A stretch of DNA of 64,000 nucleotides from Alphaproteobacteria bacterium (GCA_964291215.2 OZ219791.1:1856001-1920000); one strand, 5' to 3'. Positions 10,957 through 22,055 are shown, numbered from the stretch's first letter. Notes: generated by a model not told the origin, from the letters alone. Program-made: numbers and translations.

Positions 10957-12120
10957 ATGCAGAACACGGACAGAATCAGGACGACCCATGTTGGCAGCCT
11001 GGTCCGGCCGCCCCCATTCGTGGCGCTGCTGCGTCGGCAGAGCGAAGGCGAGCCCGTCGACGAGGCTGAGTTTGCGGACGCGCTGAACCGGGCGGTTGTT
11101 GATGTGGTTCGCCGACAGGCGGAGACCGGGCTGGACTTCATCAGCGATGGCGAATTCGGAAAATCGATCAGCTGGTCGCGATACGTGCTTGAGCGGATGA
11201 ACGGCTTCGAGCGGGCGGAGACCGACGACGCGCCGAACATGATGCCGGCAGCGGTGTTCGGCAAGGACCGCGAAGAGTTCGCCGAATTCTACGCCGAGTA
11301 CGACCAGACCCAGAATTTTGCCGGCATGCGCGGCTGGGTGGTGACCGGTCCGGTGACATATGGCGGGCACGACAGGATCCGACGCGACATCGACAATTTC
11401 AGGCAGGGAATGGACGGCCTCGACGGTATCTCCGGCTTCATGCCGGCCGTGTCGCCATCGAGCGTGGCTCCGGACCGTGACGACCGCTATTACGACCGGC
11501 CGGAGGATTGTCTTGCGGCGATCGCCGATGCGCTTCGCGACGAATATCGCGAAATCATCGACGGCGGATTTCTCCTGCAGGTCGACGACGCTTATTTCGC
11601 CAGCCTGTACGACATGATGCCCGGCCTGTCGGAATATCGGGACTGGGCCGCCAGCGCCGTCGAGGTCATCAATCACGCGCTTCGCGACATTCCTCCCGAG
11701 AAGACCCGGTTCCATGTCTGCTGGGGAAGCTGGAACGGCCCTCATGTCAGCGATGTAGAACTGAAGGACATGGTCGACCTCATGCTCCGCGTCAGGGTCG
11801 GCGGATACGCGATAGAAATGGCGAATCCCCGCCACGAACACGAGTGGGCCGTGTGGCGCGACATCGAGCTTCCGGATGACAGGGTCCTCATTCCCGGCGT
11901 CATCAGCCATGCCACCAACGTTGTCGAACACCCCGATCTGGTCGCTGAGCGAATCGTTCGGCTCGCCAATCTGGTGGGCCGGGAAAACGTGATTGCCGGC
12001 ACCGACTGCGGTTTTGCGCAGGGCCCGTTCACCAACCGGGTCCACCCCTCGATCCAGTGGGCAAAACTCCGGTCGCTCGTGGAAGGGGCCGATCGGGCGA
12101 CCAAGGTTCTCTGGGGCTGA
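10957..12120 (+). CDS. Cobalamin-independent methionine synthase II-like (MetE C-terminal type) protein
   Basis: IRTTHVGSL, SDGEFGK, LQVDD, HVCWG, EMANPRHEHEW, IPGVI, GTDCGF; GGGAG SD. Confidence 0.88.
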   Translation: MQNTDRIRTTHVGSLVRPPPFVALLRRQSEGEPVDEAEFADALNRAVVDVVRRQAETGLDFISDGEFGKSISWSRYVLERMNGFERAETDDAPNMMPAAVFGKDREEFAEFYAEYDQTQNFAGMRGWVVTGPVTYGGHDRIRRDIDNFRQGMDGLDGISGFMPAVSPSSVAPDRDDRYYDRPEDCLAAIADALRDEYREIIDGGFLLQVDDAYFASLYDMMPGLSEYRDWAASAVEVINHALRDIPPEKTRFHVCWGSWNGPHVSDVELKDMVDLMLRVRVGGYAIEMANPRHEHEWAVWRDIELPDDRVLIPGVISHATNVVEHPDLVAERIVRLANLVGRENVIAGTDCGFAQGPFTNRVHPSIQWAKLRSLVEGADRATKVLWG

Positions 12121-12154
12121 CCCAGCGATTCCGCGACACAAGGGGTACGAAACG

Positions 12155-13282
12155 ATGCGCGATACGTTGTTGCTGGTGGGGAGCGTCCCGCTCGACACTC
12201 CGGAGCAGGTCTTTCGAAGATTCGGGCCCGAGATTGGCGAATGGCTGTCCTATCTTCCCGATGGCGAGGTGGGGGAGCGCCGGTACTGGGTCGACGGAAT
12301 CGCTTACCGGGTCTTCAACGGCCACCCGGAGATCGAGACCATCCGGCGGCCTGCCCCGACCGCCGACGGCGTCGAGGAATGGCGGCCCCGGGGGGTGCAT
12401 GACACGTTCCAGTTCCGCGTGCGGCCGGGAACAGGGAGGGTTCGCTTCGGCGATCCGGGCTGGCGCCTCGGATATACCCGGGACGCGATCAACTCCTACT
12501 TCGTCTTCCGGCAGTTGCAAAAGGACGGGGTGGTGCCGGAGCACGTGCGGTTCCAGGTCTGCCTGCCCCTGACCTACAGCGCGGTCGGCAACTATTTTCC
12601 GGAAACCGGGGATCTGGAAAAGGTCGTTCCGGGGATGACGTCCGCCCTCTCCGCGGAAGTCTCCGAAATGCTCCACCACATCCCGGCGGGCAAGCTCGCC
12701 ATCCAGTGGGACCTTGCGATCGAGAACCGGTTCGTCGAAGAGCATCTGGCACGCGGCGACATCGAGGCGGCAAAGGCAGAGGTGCAGCGGCTCGCTCGGC
12801 CCGCGGCTGAGGTCTGTGCCGTGATCCCCGACGAAGCCCACGTGGGCTACCATTCCTGTTTCGGCACGCTGAACGGGTGGCCCACCCGGCAGCCGAAGGA
12901 CATGACAGGCACCGTGCTGCTGCTCAATGCGATGATGGAGGCGACCGCCAGATCCGTGGAGTTCCTTCACTTTCCGACCGCAGGACCAACGGATGACGGG
13001 TATTTTTCGCCGCTTCGCGACCTCGACGCTGGAGATGCCAGGATCTATGTCGGCGCCATCCATCACCTGCACGGTTCCGGAGGCATGCGCGCCCAGCTCG
13101 ATGTCATCAGATTCATGCTGCCCGAGTTCGGGCTGGCGGCGCCGTGCGGCTTTGGACGGACGCCCGAGCGGCCGGGCCGCTTGCTGACCGAAGAAGGCGA
13201 CGAGCCGCCGCCTGACATCTTGGGAACGATCATCGAGGATCACCGGGCCGCCGTTGCTCTGCACCGGCAGTTCCTGCAGTAG
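12155..13282 (+). CDS. MetE-like TIM-barrel protein of unknown function
   Basis: LLVGSVPL, LPDGEVGER, RFQVCLP, AIQWD, HSCFG, APCGFGR (putative Zn ligands). Confidence 0.75.
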   Translation: MRDTLLLVGSVPLDTPEQVFRRFGPEIGEWLSYLPDGEVGERRYWVDGIAYRVFNGHPEIETIRRPAPTADGVEEWRPRGVHDTFQFRVRPGTGRVRFGDPGWRLGYTRDAINSYFVFRQLQKDGVVPEHVRFQVCLPLTYSAVGNYFPETGDLEKVVPGMTSALSAEVSEMLHHIPAGKLAIQWDLAIENRFVEEHLARGDIEAAKAEVQRLARPAAEVCAVIPDEAHVGYHSCFGTLNGWPTRQPKDMTGTVLLLNAMMEATARSVEFLHFPTAGPTDDGYFSPLRDLDAGDARIYVGAIHHLHGSGGMRAQLDVIRFMLPEFGLAAPCGFGRTPERPGRLLTEEGDEPPPDILGTIIEDHRAAVALHRQFLQ

Positions 13283-13437
13283 GCGCCGATACCCGCGGCC
13301 GGGCGGTCCGGCGGGATCCGCGCCAAGCGAAGGCTGCGTTCCGGCCGCGTTGTTCCGCGCCGAGATGTGTTATCGTTGCACCGGTTCCCGGTATCCGGAC
13401 ATGTTCGCGGCCGCGGGACGCAAAGGGTGGCTGATGG

Positions 13438-15312
13438 ATGCCGGATCTCCTGACTGTCAGTGACCTCGAGGTCGAGTTTCATGTGAACGAAGGCGTGGTG
13501 CGCGCCGTCGATGGCGTCGGCTTCCGTATTTCGGCGGGCCGGACGGTCGCGCTTGTCGGTGAGTCGGGATCGGGCAAGTCGGTCGTCTCTCAGGCCATCA
13601 TGGGCATTCTGCCGCGGACGGCGCGGGTGACGGCGGGAAGTATCGTGTTTCGCGATCCCCGCGATGATTCGACAACCGACCTGCATGCGCTTGATCCGGG
13701 CGGCGCGGCCATGCGTGCCATTCGCGGCGGCAGGATCTCGATCATTTTCCAGGAGCCGATGACCTCGCTCTCGCCGCTTCACACCATCGGCGATCAGGTG
13801 TCGGAAGCGCTGTTCATCCACGACCGGATCGGGCGCCGCGAGGGTCTTCAACGGACTGCGGACATGCTGCGGCTGGTCGGCTTTCCCGAACCCCGGGAGG
13901 CGCTCGACCGTTATCCGTTCGAGCTTTCCGGCGGGCTTCGCCAGCGCACGATGATTGCCATGGCGCTGGTGTGCCGGCCGGCGCTGCTCATCGCCGACGA
14001 ACCGACGACCGCCCTCGACGTGACGATACAGGCGCAGATCCTCAAGCTGATCGGCGATCTCCAGAAACAGCTGCACATGGCGGTGCTCATGATCACGCAT
14101 GATCTCGGCGTTGTCGCCAATGTCGCAGACGAGATCGTGGTGATGTATCACGGCCGCGTGCTCGAACGCGGTACGCTCGAGGACATATTCGAAAATCCCG
14201 GACACGACTATCTCAGGGCGCTGCTGCGGGCGGTGCCGCGTTTCCACATGGCGGCGGGTGAACGCCTGATTCCGCTTCGCGAAATCTCTCACCATACCGA
14301 GCATCTGCTCGCGCGCGGCGAAGAAGAGGCTGCCGACGCCGGCGGGCCGCTGCTTGAGGTGAGTGGGCTGACAAAGCGCTTCCACCCGCGCCGCGGCGGC
14401 CTCTTCGCCGCCGCCGGGGCGCGCCCCGTGCTTGCCGTCGACGACGTCAGCTTCTCCATCGACTGCGGCGAATGCCTGGGGCTGGTCGGAGAGTCGGGGT
14501 GCGGCAAGACCACCCTCGCGAAGATGATCATGGGTGCGCTGCGCCCCGATGCCGGCGAGGTCATCTTCGGCGAGGGTTCCGAGAGGACGGACCTCACGAG
14601 GCTCACCGAACGCGAACTCTTCCCCTACCGCCGCAGGGTCCAGTTCGTGTTCCAGGATCCGTTCTCGTCTCTCAATCCGCGCATGACCGTGTTCGAGATC
14701 ATCTCGGAACCGCTGGTGATCCACGATGTCGGCAACCGCGAGTACCGGTCGGAGATGGTTCAGGAACTCATGGCGCTGGTCGGCCTCGATCCGCGCTTTT
14801 TCAACCGCTATCCGCACTCCTTTTCCGGCGGCCAGCGCCAGCGGATCGGCATCGCCCGTGCGCTCGCGCTCAAGCCGCAGATGCTGCTCTGCGACGAGCC
14901 GGTGTCGGCCCTCGACGTGTCGGTTCAGGCGCAGATACTGAACCTTCTCAAGGACCTGCAACAGGAGCTAGGCCTGACTTACCTGTTCGTTTCGCACAAC
15001 CTGGCGGTGGTCGACTATGTCTCGGACCGCATCGCCGTCATGTGCGCCGGCCGGCTCGTGGAGACGGCGCCGCGCGAGCTTCTCTTCAGATCGCCGGTCC
15101 ATCCCTATACCAGAGCGCTGCTGTCGGCGGTGCCCGCGCCCGATCCGGGCCGGCGGCTGGATCTCACGGCGCTGATGGAGGGCAAGGCCTCCATTCCGTC
15201 GGAGTGGCCGGAACCCTTCGGCGTAACGGGCGCGATGTCGCTTCTCGATCTCGGCGACGGACACCTTGTCCGCGCCAGCGCGCATGCCGACGCCGGCGAA
15301 CTGAGGGCGTGA
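13438..15312 (+). CDS. Peptide/nickel ABC transporter ATP-binding protein with two NBDs
   Basis: Walker A GESGSGKS and GESGCGKT; LSGG and FSGGQRQR; HPYTRALL. Confidence 0.93.
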   Translation: MPDLLTVSDLEVEFHVNEGVVRAVDGVGFRISAGRTVALVGESGSGKSVVSQAIMGILPRTARVTAGSIVFRDPRDDSTTDLHALDPGGAAMRAIRGGRISIIFQEPMTSLSPLHTIGDQVSEALFIHDRIGRREGLQRTADMLRLVGFPEPREALDRYPFELSGGLRQRTMIAMALVCRPALLIADEPTTALDVTIQAQILKLIGDLQKQLHMAVLMITHDLGVVANVADEIVVMYHGRVLERGTLEDIFENPGHDYLRALLRAVPRFHMAAGERLIPLREISHHTEHLLARGEEEAADAGGPLLEVSGLTKRFHPRRGGLFAAAGARPVLAVDDVSFSIDCGECLGLVGESGCGKTTLAKMIMGALRPDAGEVIFGEGSERTDLTRLTERELFPYRRRVQFVFQDPFSSLNPRMTVFEIISEPLVIHDVGNREYRSEMVQELMALVGLDPRFFNRYPHSFSGGQRQRIGIARALALKPQMLLCDEPVSALDVSVQAQILNLLKDLQQELGLTYLFVSHNLAVVDYVSDRIAVMCAGRLVETAPRELLFRSPVHPYTRALLSAVPAPDPGRRLDLTALMEGKASIPSEWPEPFGVTGAMSLLDLGDGHLVRASAHADAGELRA

Positions 15313-17237
15313 TGCGCATGCGCGCACTAGCAGCGGCGACCGTTGCCGCGGCCGCGCTCGCCGGGCCGGCGGCAGCAGAGCTGCCGGCCGGGATGCGGCT
15401 GGTCGAGCCGCCGGTGCTGAAGGCCCGGGTGGCGGCCGGCCGGCTGCCGCCCGTCCGCGAACGCCTCCCGGAAACGCCCCGCATGGTTGAGGTCGAGTCT
15501 CCCGGACGTCATGGCGGCCGGTTGCGGATGATCTTCGGGCGCTCGAAGGATACGCGCCTCCTCGTCGTTTACGGCTATGCGCGGCTCGTGACCTACGACG
15601 CGCAATTCCGGATCCGGCCGGACATCCTTGCCGCCGTCGATGTCGAGGAGGGGCGCCGCTTCACCCTGCATTTGCGGAGCGGGCATCGCTGGTCCGACGG
15701 GCACCCGTTCACGGTCGAGGATTTCCGTTACTGGTGGGACGATGTCGCCAACAACCCGAAACTGTCGCCGCTCGGCCTGCCGCAGGTCATGAAGGTCGAC
15801 GGTCACGGCCCGACCTTCGAGGTCGTCGATGGCCAAACGGTGCGCTACACGTGGCACGCGCCCAACCCGTACTTCCTTCCCGCGCTCGCCGCCGCGACGC
15901 CGCTCTACATCTATCGTCCGGCGCATTATCTGCGCCGCTTCCACAACCGCTATGCCGATCCTGGCCGCTTGGCCCGCATGGTCGGAAAGTCGGGCCGCCG
16001 CAACTGGGCTGCGCTCCACAACCGCAGGGACAACCAGTATAAGAACGACAATCCCCAGCTCCCGACGCTGCAGCCGTGGGTTCTCCGCACGCAGCCGCCG
16101 GCGCAGCTGTTCGTGTTCCGGCGCAACCCCTATTTTCACCGGATCGACCAGAATGGACGCCAGCTGCCCTATGCCGACAGGATTGCGATGAAGGTCGCGG
16201 CTGGCGGGGTGATACCGCTCAAGACCGGCGCCGGCGAATCCGATCTCCAGGCGCGCGGACTCGCCTTCAGCGACTACACTTTCCTCAAGGAGGCCGAGAA
16301 ACGGGAGAATTTCCAGGTGCGCCTGTGGCAAACCGCGAAGGGCTCCCATGTCGCGCTGTATCCGAATCTCAACGCCCGCGACCCCGTATGGCGCAAGCTG
16401 ATGCGCACGGCGGATTTCCGGCGCGCATTGTCGCTGGCGATCAACCGCCATGAAATCAACCAGGTCATCTATTACGGACTTGCCGTCGAGGGCCAGAACA
16501 CGGCGCTGCCGGCGAGTCCGCTGCATCGTCCTGAATATGCGGGCGCCTGGGCAGGGTTCGATCTCGATCGCGCCAACGCGCTGCTCGACGGCCTCGGCCT
16601 GGCGCGGGATGGTCCGCGCGGGCTGCGCCAGCTGCCCGACGGGCGCCCCATGGAAATCATCGTCGAGACGGCCGGCGAGGATTCCGAGCAGGCCGATGTC
16701 CTCGAACTGGTTCACGATTCCTGGCTGCAGGCGGGCATCAAGCTGTTTACCCGCCCGTCGCAGCGCGAGGTGTTCCGCAACCGAATCTTTGCCGGCGAGA
16801 CGCTGATGTCGGTATGGTTCGGTCTTGAGAACGGCGTTCCCAATGCCGAGACCAGCCCGGACGAGTTGGCGCCGACAAGCCAGCTGCAACTGCAGTGGCC
16901 CAAATGGGGCCAGTATCACCAGACCGGGGGGCGGGCCGGAGAGCGGCCGGACAATCCCCATGCGCTCACGCTCCTGGAACTGAATCGGAAATGGATTCGG
17001 GCTGCGTCGCAGGCGGAACGCGCTCGCATATGGCACCAGATGCTCGCCATTCACGCCGACCGGGTCTATTCCATCGGGCTTGTCGCCGCGGTACCGCAGC
17101 CCGTCATCGTCAACCGCCATCTCCGCAACGTCCCGGAACGCGCCATCTTCAACTGGAACCCGGGCGCCCAGTTCGGCGCCTACATGCCCGACACGTTCTG
17201 GTTCGCCGATTCCCGGCGCCGCCAGATGCGCCGCTAG
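15312..17237 (+). CDS. Peptide ABC transporter substrate-binding protein (family 5)
   Basis: Signal peptide; GRLPPVRERLP, WSDGHPFT.ED, RNPYFHRID..GRQLPY; ATG overlaps upstream TGA. Confidence 0.9.
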   Translation: MRMRALAAATVAAAALAGPAAAELPAGMRLVEPPVLKARVAAGRLPPVRERLPETPRMVEVESPGRHGGRLRMIFGRSKDTRLLVVYGYARLVTYDAQFRIRPDILAAVDVEEGRRFTLHLRSGHRWSDGHPFTVEDFRYWWDDVANNPKLSPLGLPQVMKVDGHGPTFEVVDGQTVRYTWHAPNPYFLPALAAATPLYIYRPAHYLRRFHNRYADPGRLARMVGKSGRRNWAALHNRRDNQYKNDNPQLPTLQPWVLRTQPPAQLFVFRRNPYFHRIDQNGRQLPYADRIAMKVAAGGVIPLKTGAGESDLQARGLAFSDYTFLKEAEKRENFQVRLWQTAKGSHVALYPNLNARDPVWRKLMRTADFRRALSLAINRHEINQVIYYGLAVEGQNTALPASPLHRPEYAGAWAGFDLDRANALLDGLGLARDGPRGLRQLPDGRPMEIIVETAGEDSEQADVLELVHDSWLQAGIKLFTRPSQREVFRNRIFAGETLMSVWFGLENGVPNAETSPDELAPTSQLQLQWPKWGQYHQTGGRAGERPDNPHALTLLELNRKWIRAASQAERARIWHQMLAIHADRVYSIGLVAAVPQPVIVNRHLRNVPERAIFNWNPGAQFGAYMPDTFWFADSRRRQMRR

Positions 17238-17249
17238 AGAGGTGGCTGG

Positions 17250-18248
17250 ATGCTGAGATACCTCGTCCACCGCCTACTGGTCATGATTCCCACCCTGCTG
17301 GCGATCAGCTTCATCGTCTTTGTCATCATCCAACTGCCGCCCGGCGACTATCTCACAAGCTACATCAACGAACTGCAGAGCCAGGGCGAGGCGGTTGACG
17401 AGGCCAAGATCGCGTTCCTGCGCGAACAGTACGGCCTCGACCAGCCGTGGTGGCGGCAATATCTCCTGTGGCTCGGCGGCATGCTCCAGGGCGATTTCGG
17501 CTTCTCGTTAGAACACGACCGGCCGGTGGCCGAAGTTGTCGGGGACCGGCTCTGGCTGAGCTTTCTCGTGTCGTTCACCACGATCCTGTTTACTTGGGCG
17601 GTGGCGTTTCCGATCGGCGTATATTCGGCGACGCATCAGTACAGCTGGGGCGATTATGGGCTGTCGTTTGTCGGGTTCCTCGGCCTTGCGACGCCCAACT
17701 TCCTGCTCGCGCTGGTGTTGCTCTATGCCGCCAATCGCTGGTTCGGCACTTCGGTTGGCGGGCTGATGGACGACCGGTTCATTGGCCAGCCCATGAGCTG
17801 GGCCAAGCTCGGATCCGTGCTTGAACATCTCTGGGTTCCGGTCGTCGTCATCGGCACGTCGGGGACGGCCGGCATGATCCGCCGCCTGCGCGCGAATCTC
17901 CTCGACGAGTTGCAGCGCCAGTACGTGACGACGGGGCGCGCCAAGGGGCTGCAACCGGGCCGGCTTCTGGTCAAGTATCCGCTGCGCATGGCGCTCAATC
18001 CGTTCATCGCCGACATCGGAAACCTCCTGCCCCAGATCATTTCCGGGGCGGTCATCGTCTCCGTGGTCCTGTCTCTGCCCACCACCGGGCCGATGCTCCT
18101 GCGTGCGCTGCAGAGCCAGGACATGTATCTGGCTGGCTCCTTCCTCATGTTCCTGTCGCTGCTGACCGTCATCGGCGTGTTCGTTTCCGACATCCTCCTC
18201 GCCCTTCTTGATCCGCGCATCCGGCTCGGCGGCGGGACGACGCGATGA
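17250..18248 (+). CDS. Peptide ABC transporter permease (DppB-like)
   Basis: IIQLPPGD, YGLDQP, GDFGFS, YVTTGRAKGL. Confidence 0.92.
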   Translation: MLRYLVHRLLVMIPTLLAISFIVFVIIQLPPGDYLTSYINELQSQGEAVDEAKIAFLREQYGLDQPWWRQYLLWLGGMLQGDFGFSLEHDRPVAEVVGDRLWLSFLVSFTTILFTWAVAFPIGVYSATHQYSWGDYGLSFVGFLGLATPNFLLALVLLYAANRWFGTSVGGLMDDRFIGQPMSWAKLGSVLEHLWVPVVVIGTSGTAGMIRRLRANLLDELQRQYVTTGRAKGLQPGRLLVKYPLRMALNPFIADIGNLLPQIISGAVIVSVVLSLPTTGPMLLRALQSQDMYLAGSFLMFLSLLTVIGVFVSDILLALLDPRIRLGGGTTR

Positions 18249-19417
18249 GTCCTGCCCCGACCTCCGGCGAGCGCATGGAACACTGGGTCTCGGACGTGCC
18301 TTTCGATCCGCATGTCGCGGAGATGCTGACCCCGGAACAGGAGCGCATCTACATGGCGTCGCAGTGGCGCATGATGTGGATCCGGTTCCGGCGGCACAGG
18401 CTTGCGGTTTGGTCGGGGATGCTGCTGGCCGTCGTCTACCTGTCGATCTTGGCGAGCGAGTTCATCGCCCCCTACAACATGCACACTCGCCACATGGATC
18501 ACATATTCGCGCCGCCACAGACGGTGCGCCTGTTCCATGACGGCGAGCTTGAGGGGCCGTTCACCTACCGGTTCGACTACCGGCTTAACATGGAGAATCT
18601 CAAGCGCGAATACGAGGAAAACCGGTCCGAGCCCCGCCGGCTTCACTTTTTCTGCCTGGGCGACGCCTATTCTTTCTGGGGCCTGGTCGAAATGCGCTTT
18701 CATTTCGTCTGCCCACCGGAAGGCGGAACGTTCTTTCTGCTCGGAACCGACCGCCTCGGCCGCGACATCTTTTCCCGCATCGTGATGGGAACTCGGATAT
18801 CGCTCACCGTGGGTCTCATGGGGATCACCATCAGCTTCGTGCTCGGCATGCTGATCGGCGGGCTGGCGGGCTATTACGGAGGCTGGGTCGACAACGCGAC
18901 CCAGCGGGTGATCGAGGTGATCCGCTCCTTTCCCGAACTGCCGCTGTGGATGGCGTTGTCGGCGGCATTGCCGGTGACATGGAGCCCGATTCTCATTTAT
19001 TTCGGTATCACCATCATCCTCGGCCTTCTCGACTGGACCGGCCTCGCTCGTGCTGTGCGATCCCGGCTTCTTGCGATCCGTGAGGAGGATTTCGTCTCCG
19101 CCGCCCGCCTCATGGGAGCGCGTCCGCGCCGGATCATCTGGCGCCACATGATGCCGGGTTTCATGAGCCACCTGATTGCGTCGGCGACTTTGTCGGTTCC
19201 GGCAATGATCCTTGGCGAAACGGCGCTGTCATTTCTGGGGCTCGGGCTGCGTCCTCCGATCACGAGCTGGGGTGTCCTCTTGGCCGAGGCGCAGAACATC
19301 AACGTGGTCGCGCTCTATCCGTGGCTCATGCTGCCGGTGGTGCCGGTCATCATCGTCATTCTCGCCTTCAATTTTCTTGGCGATGGCTTGCGCGACGCCG
19401 CGGACCCCTACGCGTAG
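18245..19417 (+). CDS. Peptide ABC transporter permease (DppC-like)
   Basis: LLGTDRLGRD, ETALSFLGLG, NFLGDGLRDAADP. Confidence 0.92.
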   Translation: MSPAPTSGERMEHWVSDVPFDPHVAEMLTPEQERIYMASQWRMMWIRFRRHRLAVWSGMLLAVVYLSILASEFIAPYNMHTRHMDHIFAPPQTVRLFHDGELEGPFTYRFDYRLNMENLKREYEENRSEPRRLHFFCLGDAYSFWGLVEMRFHFVCPPEGGTFFLLGTDRLGRDIFSRIVMGTRISLTVGLMGITISFVLGMLIGGLAGYYGGWVDNATQRVIEVIRSFPELPLWMALSAALPVTWSPILIYFGITIILGLLDWTGLARAVRSRLLAIREEDFVSAARLMGARPRRIIWRHMMPGFMSHLIASATLSVPAMILGETALSFLGLGLRPPITSWGVLLAEAQNINVVALYPWLMLPVVPVIIVILAFNFLGDGLRDAADPYA

Positions 19418-19809
19418 CCTGGCCACTTGTTTGCGGTGGTTGGACGGGCCAGGTGTTTGCGGGTCGGTAACTGCCCAGGTCTGATTTCAGCGAGCGCTCA
19501 CAGGCGGTGGATTGATGTTTCCGGTGTGGTGGCGCCGAGTGTTGTCGGTTGGATAAAACGGCGGGATTTCGGCGATTCGCTGCGCTTTTCAGGATCGTGT
19601 TTCTTTGCTGTTGTCAGGTCCTGTTGCCGCGGTTTCAGTGTTTGTCTCTTTGAACGCCGCCCGTTTTCTTCCCTGTTGTCGTTTCGGTCCAGTTTCGGTT
19701 TTTCTGCCGGCATGTGATCCGGGCTCCTGAGGATTGTCGGGAGGGTTCTGGTGTTTCGCGGGATCGTCTGCTTCCCTGTCGCCCGGGTCCTGTTGTCCGG
19801 GTCCGGGGC

Positions 19810-20010
19810 GCCCTCGCGACGCCAGCACCAACAGATCAGCCTCGCCGCAAGGAGCCTTCCCAACGTCAGGACCATCGTCCTCGCGCAGGACCACGACGAG
19901 GCCGGAGAACGTCAGGCCGAAACCCTGCGCACAAGGCTGAAGGTCCCCCCTCACGCCATGCTCCACAGACGCAGACCGCCAGAAAACGCCGACTGGAACG
20001 ACATCATCAA
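19810..20010 (+). pseudogene. Toprim-domain C-terminal fragment (plasmid/ICE type)
   Basis: IVLAQDHDEAGERQA...RRRPPENADWND. Confidence 0.55.
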
Positions 20011-20161
20011 CACCAGGACCCGACAACAGGCGGAAAACGAAGCCCGCGCGGCCTCTCGTCAACGCCGCATATCCTCGTATCCGTGTTCGCCCAATCCACA
20101 CACAGCCAACCGCTCAAAAGCGCGGTTCTCCGCCGAAACCCGACGTTCTGAATCGCCGCCG

Positions 20162-20443
20162 ACACCCGAGGCCTGCGACGACCTGAAGGATCTGTATTGG
20201 TTCATCTCCAGACGTGTGGGCGCGGCCTAGGCGATGGCCTAAGTGGATCGCATAGAGGCCTACTGCCGGGATTTTACGGAATTTCCGGAGCGCGGCGTGC
20301 AACGGGATGACCTGTTTCCCGGCTTGCGCGTCGTCGGTTTCGAGCGGCGTGTAACCATCGATTTCCGTGTGCGCGGGGATACCGTGACATTTCTCAGGGG
20401 TCTTTGCAGGGGACGGGATGTCGAACGGCTTGCAATAGTGTGA
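20162..20443 (+). pseudogene. ParE/RelE family toxin with two in-frame stops
   Basis: TPEACDDLKDLYWFI..*AMA*VDRIEAYC..FPERG..RDDLFPGLRVVGFERRVTI; TAG 20228-20230 and TAA 20240-20242. Confidence 0.75.
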
Positions 20444-20512
20444 CGCGGGTCCCAAGAAATGCCGAAGATCTCCGGCCAATCAGACCATGTTCAGGCCGTC
20501 GCCGACCGTTTA

Positions 20513-21690
20513 GGTCCCGTGCCAAAATAGATTGTTTTTTGGTGTGGATCTGCCATCGATGATGTCATGGAAGCGATGGTCGATACGCTGCGATCCAAGT
20601 TTGTGGTGTTGCGTCCGGTTCTGAACGAACGTGCGCGGCGCCTGTGGGCGGCGACGGAGGCCCGTGCCATCGGGCGAGTGGCCGAGGCGACGGGGATGGG
20701 CACCGTTCGCGCCGGAGGAGCTTGATTCGGAGTCTTCGAGTGAGGTTCCTTCAGGACGTTTGCGTCGCCCCGGCGGCGGGCGCAAGCGGGTGACGGATCC
20801 GGGTTTGGTGGCGGCGCTGGGACGCGAGCTTGAACCGATGACGCGCGGCGATCCGGAGAGTTCGCTGCGGTGTCACAGTGCCGCTGGCGGACCGTCTTGC
20901 GGTCGAGGGCCACCGCGTCAGCGAGCGCACGGTGAACCGGCTGCTCCACGATCTGGGGTACAGCCTCCAGGCCAATCGCAAGCAGCATCCGGACCGGGAT
21001 GCGCAGTTCCGACGCGCCGGGTGCGCGCGTTCCGGAGTCTGGGCCAGCCTGTGGTGACACGAAGAAGAAGGAAATCCAGTACCGCAATGGCGGCCGGGAA
21101 TGGCGGCCCGAGGGCGACCCTGAAGCCGTCAACGTGCATGACTTCCCCGATCCGGAGCTCGGCAAGGCGATCCCCTGCGGGGTCTACGATCTCACCGCCA
21201 ACGCCGGCCGGGTCAGCATCGGACACGACACGGCGGCATTCGCGGTCGAGACCCTGCGCCGCTGGTGGCGGCAGATGAGCCGGCTGCTCTATGCCAGGCG
21301 CCTGCTGATCACCGCCGACGGCTCCAACAGCAGCCGCAACCGGCTGTGGAAGCTGCAGCACCTCGCCGACGAACTCGGGTTGAAGGTGTCGGTGGCCCAC
21401 TTCCCGCCCGGAAAGTGGAACAAGATCGAGCACCGGATGTTCTGCCACATCACCCAGAACTGGCGTGGCCGGCCCCTCGTCAGCTATCAGGTGATCGTCA
21501 AGCTGATCGCCGCGACCACCACCGGCCTCACCATACGCTCGCACCTCGACGAGAACAGCTATCCGCTCGGGGTCAAGGTCAGCAACGATGAGATGGACGG
21601 CCTCGCCATCCGCAGAGACTCGTTCCACGGCGAGTGGAACTACACCCTCACGCCACGGACATAACGATCAATTGATTTTGGCGAGAGCCC
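20513..21690 (+). mobile_element. ISAzo13-family element with frameshifted transposase
   Basis: KWNKIEHRMFCHITQNWRGRPL...FHGEWNY; IR GGTCCCGTGCCAAAAT / ATTTTGGCGAGAGCCC; TTA duplicated at both ends. Confidence 0.88.
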
Positions 21691-21778
21691 TTACCGGAAC
21701 GGAACAACCTGCGCAACGACGGCAACACCGCAGGTGCGCCGGCATCGCACACCTCGGGCGACATGACGTATTGCCGCC

Positions 21779-22055
21779 TCAGCCAATGAAGTCGAAATCG
21801 GCCTCGGTGATCTGCGACGCCTGGATCCCCTCCAATGTGATTGACCCGCCATCGTAGGTGATGACCGTGTCGTCACCCGATTGGACAATGGTGAGATCGT
21901 CGAAGCTCCCGCTTCCGACATTTTCTCCGACCCAGGTGAGGCCACCGTCATACGAAATACGGGTCTGCACCTGCACATCCCTGATGTTGATGACGTCCCG
22001 GCCGTCCTGAAAATCGATGATCGTGTCGCTACCGTCGTCCCGGTAATCAAAAAAG
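21779..22055 (-). pseudogene. C-terminus of an RTX/T1SS-secreted protein truncated by IS66
   Basis: DGSDTIIDFQDGRDVINI...FDDLTIVQSGDDTVITYDGGSITLEGIQASQITEADFDF. Confidence 0.75.

Noticed and set aside
13240-19171. Long antisense ORFs over the ABC operon and the 921-aa version of the binding protein
   Set aside because: Shadow frames; the real start is at the signal peptide near 15312
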